A stretch of DNA of 53,246 nt. Origin: Persephonella sp. (GTDB taxonomy: Bacteria; Aquificota; Aquificia; Aquificales; Hydrogenothermaceae). Below the pieces are notes generated by a model. That model saw nothing but the letters and a program-made list of their open reading frames with translations. It had not been told where the DNA came from and did no database searches. Shown here in pieces: positions 49,651-53,246 of the stretch. Positions within the stretch are counted from its first letter, which is position 1; the number at the start of each line of letters is the position of its first letter. Location of the stretch: positions 1 through 53,246 of the forward strand of contig QNZF01000043.1 of NCBI GenBank assembly GCA_003978485.1, read 5' to 3'. Made by a program: the position numbers and the translations under genes.

Positions 49651-51014
49651 GATTTAGATTACAAAAACTTTTAAAGAAGGAAAGTTTACTATCTGTATTG
49701 AAGGCTTACGGATACTCTGCAGTAATAGGTTCAGGTTCTTGGATTATAGCTGTAGGTGGTTTAATATTTACAGCTAGTATAGTTAAGGATTTTTTAATAG
49801 ATAAACATTATGTTTTACAATTTTTGACAACTACCACTTATCTATTTGCATTAAGCTTGATTTATACAGGATTTTTTCAGCTCTACTTTTCTAGATATAT
49901 ATCAGACAGAATTTTCGAGAAAAAATTAGACAAAATACTACCTAATATTATAGGTATGATAGTTTTCACACTTTTCTTTGGTTTTTTTCTTATTTTACCA
50001 TCCGTCTTTATTCTGGTGGATACATCCATAAAGTATAGGCTTCTGTTTATATTTTCCTTCCTCGTTTTATCTGGAATATGGATACTTAACGTAATACTGT
50101 CAGCTTTAAAAACATACAGATATATATTTTACTCATTTGCAGTATCATACTTTTTAATTTTTATATTGGCTATAATATTTACATTCTTCAATTTTGGTCT
50201 TGAGGGACTTTTAGCATCTTTTTTAATCGGACATGGATTACTTTTTTTCTTACTCTTATTTTTAGTTGCATTTGAATTTGGTTCAGATAGATTTATAGAT
50301 TTTGATTTTTTAAATAAGAAAAATATATATCCTTCACTTATTATCATAGGTTTTTTTCTAAATCTAGGTCTATGGATAGACAAATTTTTATATTGGCTGC
50401 ATCCTGATACTGGAGATAACATAATATCTGTTTTAAGGGCTTCTTTCTTTTATGACCTACCAATGTTCTTAGCATATATGGCTATGATACCGGGAATGGC
50501 TTTGTTCCTACTTAGACTGGAAACAGATTTTGCTAAAAAATATGATGATTACTACACAGCAGTTAGGGAAGGAGGAACTTTAACAAAGATAGAAGAATAC
50601 AGGGAAGAAATGATATTAACTGCAAAAACGTCTATTATGGAAGTTTTTAAAGGACAGTTAATATTTACCCTAATATTCATAATATTTGCAGAAGGAATAT
50701 TTAGACTTTTAGGAATACCTATAATATACATACCTACCTTTAACATAGTTGTTCTAGGAACATGGCTACTTCTTTTTTTCCTATCTATTCTAACAATACT
50801 TTTCTATCTGGATAGAAGGAAGGAAGCTTTAATAATAAGTGTTATTTTTGCATTGTCCAATGGTGTATTTTCATACGTAACAATATTACTAGGTTTTGAG
50901 TATACAGGATTAGGCTTCTTATTCTCCTGTCTATTATCGGCTATACTATCATTAATAATCTTAAACAAAATCTTCAATAGGTTGACCTATGAAACATTTA
51001 TGTATCAGAGATAG
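49638..51014 (+). CDS. pelG: Pel polysaccharide export membrane protein PelG
   Basis: Conserved N-terminus MAGIGFRLQKLLKKESLLSVLKAYGYSAVIGSGSW (TTG start) and a ~12-TM profile. Confidence 0.9.
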   Translation: MAGIGFRLQKLLKKESLLSVLKAYGYSAVIGSGSWIIAVGGLIFTASIVKDFLIDKHYVLQFLTTTTYLFALSLIYTGFFQLYFSRYISDRIFEKKLDKILPNIIGMIVFTLFFGFFLILPSVFILVDTSIKYRLLFIFSFLVLSGIWILNVILSALKTYRYIFYSFAVSYFLIFILAIIFTFFNFGLEGLLASFLIGHGLLFFLLLFLVAFEFGSDRFIDFDFLNKKNIYPSLIIIGFFLNLGLWIDKFLYWLHPDTGDNIISVLRASFFYDLPMFLAYMAMIPGMALFLLRLETDFAKKYDDYYTAVREGGTLTKIEEYREEMILTAKTSIMEVFKGQLIFTLIFIIFAEGIFRLLGIPIIYIPTFNIVVLGTWLLLFFLSILTILFYLDRRKEALIISVIFALSNGVFSYVTILLGFEYTGLGFLFSCLLSAILSLIILNKIFNRLTYETFMYQR

Positions 51015-53246
51015 TTTAGTTTTAATTCTTTTATCAGTTCTAACGTTTTATTTAACGAACAGTTTTGGGAACGACGCTAAACCTTCCGTATGTTTTTATT
51101 ACCATGATAACGTTCCATTTGAGCTTTATCAAATGTGCGATTGGCTAGTTGTTGACCCTAGGAATAAGAATGTTTACAAAAAGGAAAGGGCTAAGCTTAT
51201 AGCCTATATATCCATAGGCGAAGTTAGTAAAAATAGCGAAGAATATAAAGAAATAAATAAAAGCTGGATAATTGGTGAAAATAAGGATTGGAATACAGTT
51301 GTTTTGGATATAACAAACCCTGCCTATCAAAAATTTTTACTGAAAAAATTATCAAGATATAAAAATTACGATGGATTTTTCTTTGATACGATAGATAGTT
51401 ATCAATCTGTTCTTAAGGACACAGATAAAAGGGAAAGATATGAAAGGGCTTTAATAGGTTTTATTAAATCTGTAAAAGAAATATACCCATCTAAAAAGAT
51501 AGTTTTAAACAGGGGATTTGAGATAATTGATAAAGTTAAAGATTATGTTGATGGAGTAGTAGCTGAAAGTCTATTTTACGGATTAGATTTAAAGAATGGT
51601 GGATATAGGGAAGTATCAGAAGAGGAGAGAAAATGGCTGTTATCTAAGCTAAACGAAGTTAAAAGTTATGAAATAAATGTTATAGTCATAGACTACCTTC
51701 CGCCGAAGGAAAGAAAAAAGGCTTTCCAAACAGCTAAAAAAATAGAAAAGTTAGGTTTTATTCCTTACATAACAAATAAAGAGATAAATATAATAGGAAC
51801 TTCATTTTTTCAGATAAAACCGAGAAGAGCTTTAATTCTGTATGATAAAAGGTCTTGTCCTGAGATTGTAAGTTGTGGTCAGCACTATATGGCACAGTTA
51901 ATATTAGAGTTCTACGGATATATACCCTATATGAAGGAAATTAATACGGAGTTACCACCTTTAGACACTCCATTAGTTGATAAATACGGAGCAATTGTTG
52001 TTTGGCCAGGTGTCCATTTAGTAAAAAATCCTAAAAAGTTTTACAACTGGATACTTACTAGGATAAAAGAGGGAAATAAAATTCTATTCGTTGATGATTT
52101 TGGTTTCCCTTTGACAGAAGAGTATTTAAAACCGTTAGGTATAAATGTAGAACCTAATAAGGCTAATAACGATAATTTTAAAATTATTTTTAAAGACAAA
52201 CATTTAGGATTTGAAAGTGAGCCTTTTGTAGATTTTGGAGACGTTGCAATTTATCCAAAAGGTAAAAAGTCTAAACCTTTACTGATTTTAGAAAACGACA
52301 AAGGACAAAAAACTGTTCCTATTGCCCTTACAGATTGGGGAGGATATGGTCTTTATGGAGCTAGCACATACACTAGATTTAACAATACGATGTGGGTTGT
52401 TGACCCTTTATTTTTCTTTAAAAAAGCATTTAAAATAAATAACTATCCTATGCCCGATGAAACAACTTTATCCGGTAATAGAATTTTATACATACATATT
52501 GATGGTGATGGCTTTATACAGAGATTAGATTACAATCTTAAAAAATTCTCCTCTGAAGTAGTTAGAGATGATTTTATCAAAAAGTATAAATGGCCTCATT
52601 CTGTATCTATTATAGAGGGAGAAATTGCACCTTGGGGAGCTTATCCGAAATATCCACATAAAAAATTAGAAAATATAGCCCGTTCCATATTCTCATTACC
52701 AAATGTTGAGCCTGCAAGCCACTCATTTAGTCATCCTTTCAAATGGGAGGCAGTTTTAACGTCTATTAAGATAAAAAAAGGTTACTCCTTAATTATAAAA
52801 GGATACGACCATTTTGATATAAACAGGGAAATATTAGGTTCTTTAAAATACATTAATACTAGACTAGCTCCACCAAATAAAAAGGCTAAACTGTTCTTCT
52901 GGACGGGAGATTGTAATCCACCTTGGCAGGTATTAAAACTATGTTATGAGAATGAAATATTAAATCTTAATGCAGGAGACACTGGAATATCATATAAAGA
53001 GCCATTCTTATCTCTAGTCTCACCTATGGGTGTTAATAAAAAGGAATACTTTCAAGTCTATGCATCCTTCCAGAATGAGAACTACTATACCAATAACTGG
53101 AAACCACCTTACTACAGATACAGAAATGTTATACAGGCATTTGAGTTAACGGATAAAAAATGGAGATTTAAACCTATAAATGTTTACTATCATTTTTATG
53201 TTGTATCAAAGTACGCATCATTAAAATCTTTAAAAGATGTTTACGA
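50989..53246 (+). CDS. pelA: PelA-like bifunctional glycoside hydrolase / polysaccharide deacetylase, 3'-truncated by the window end
   Basis: Not on the ORF track (no stop in the window). The ATG at 50989 overlaps pelG by 26 nt. Signal peptide MKHLCIRDSLVLILLSVLTFYLTNSFG, an N-terminal TIM-barrel hydrolase-like region (..WNTVVLDITNPAYQKFLL..GFFFDTIDSY) and CE4-type motifs ILYIHIDGDGF (52501..) and ASHSFSHP (52720..). Confidence 0.88.
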   Translation, partial: MKHLCIRDSLVLILLSVLTFYLTNSFGNDAKPSVCFYYHDNVPFELYQMCDWLVVDPRNKNVYKKERAKLIAYISIGEVSKNSEEYKEINKSWIIGENKDWNTVVLDITNPAYQKFLLKKLSRYKNYDGFFFDTIDSYQSVLKDTDKRERYERALIGFIKSVKEIYPSKKIVLNRGFEIIDKVKDYVDGVVAESLFYGLDLKNGGYREVSEEERKWLLSKLNEVKSYEINVIVIDYLPPKERKKAFQTAKKIEKLGFIPYITNKEINIIGTSFFQIKPRRALILYDKRSCPEIVSCGQHYMAQLILEFYGYIPYMKEINTELPPLDTPLVDKYGAIVVWPGVHLVKNPKKFYNWILTRIKEGNKILFVDDFGFPLTEEYLKPLGINVEPNKANNDNFKIIFKDKHLGFESEPFVDFGDVAIYPKGKKSKPLLILENDKGQKTVPIALTDWGGYGLYGASTYTRFNNTMWVVDPLFFFKKAFKINNYPMPDETTLSGNRILYIHIDGDGFIQRLDYNLKKFSSEVVRDDFIKKYKWPHSVSIIEGEIAPWGAYPKYPHKKLENIARSIFSLPNVEPASHSFSHPFKWEAVLTSIKIKKGYSLIIKGYDHFDINREILGSLKYINTRLAPPNKKAKLFFWTGDCNPPWQVLKLCYENEILNLNAGDTGISYKEPFLSLVSPMGVNKKEYFQVYASFQNENYYTNNWKPPYYRYRNVIQAFELTDKKWRFKPINVYYHFYVVSKYASLKSLKDVY

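Overview
This is a 53.2-kb, strongly AT-rich bacterial chromosomal segment with about 55 tightly packed, often overlapping protein genes on both strands. Several features point to an Aquificae-type thermophile (inference, Hydrogenothermaceae-like). These are a stand-alone C-terminal half of carB, a stand-alone 5'-3' exonuclease instead of full-length polA, a thioredoxin-like [2Fe-2S] ferredoxin, a quinol-type NO reductase and a membrane-anchored aminopropyltransferase. Most genes are housekeeping: cdsA, clpP, clpX, engB, ribD, glyQ, rsgA, acpS, asd, lysS, eno, ftsB, queF, murC, rfaE2, lpxD, speH, argS, trmD, lolC/E, thiE. I recognised no rRNA, tRNA, CRISPR array, transposase or integrase. Five regions stand out. 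(1) A translationally coupled Pel-type exopolysaccharide locus, pelC-D-E-F-G-A (45318 to the window end); its pelA ORF is missing from the supplied track because it runs off the window. (2) An extra-AT-rich two-gene module, a TPR-CHAT caspase-like protease plus an unrecognisable 230-aa partner (767-3824), which is my best candidate for an undescribed system. (3) A qNOR cassette (13441-16203) bracketed by imperfect direct repeats and preceded by a perfect TTGAC-N4-GTCAA palindrome. (4) An 800-bp gap in the ORF track (8562-9374) that is really an uninterrupted reading frame with no canonical start codon, coupled to a DUF4178-like gene. (5) A leader ORF and GC-hairpin motif around speH. Smaller items are decayed toxin-antitoxin-like remnants and a family of short dispersed intergenic repeats. 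All calls come from reading the translations and sequence by eye; no searches were run.
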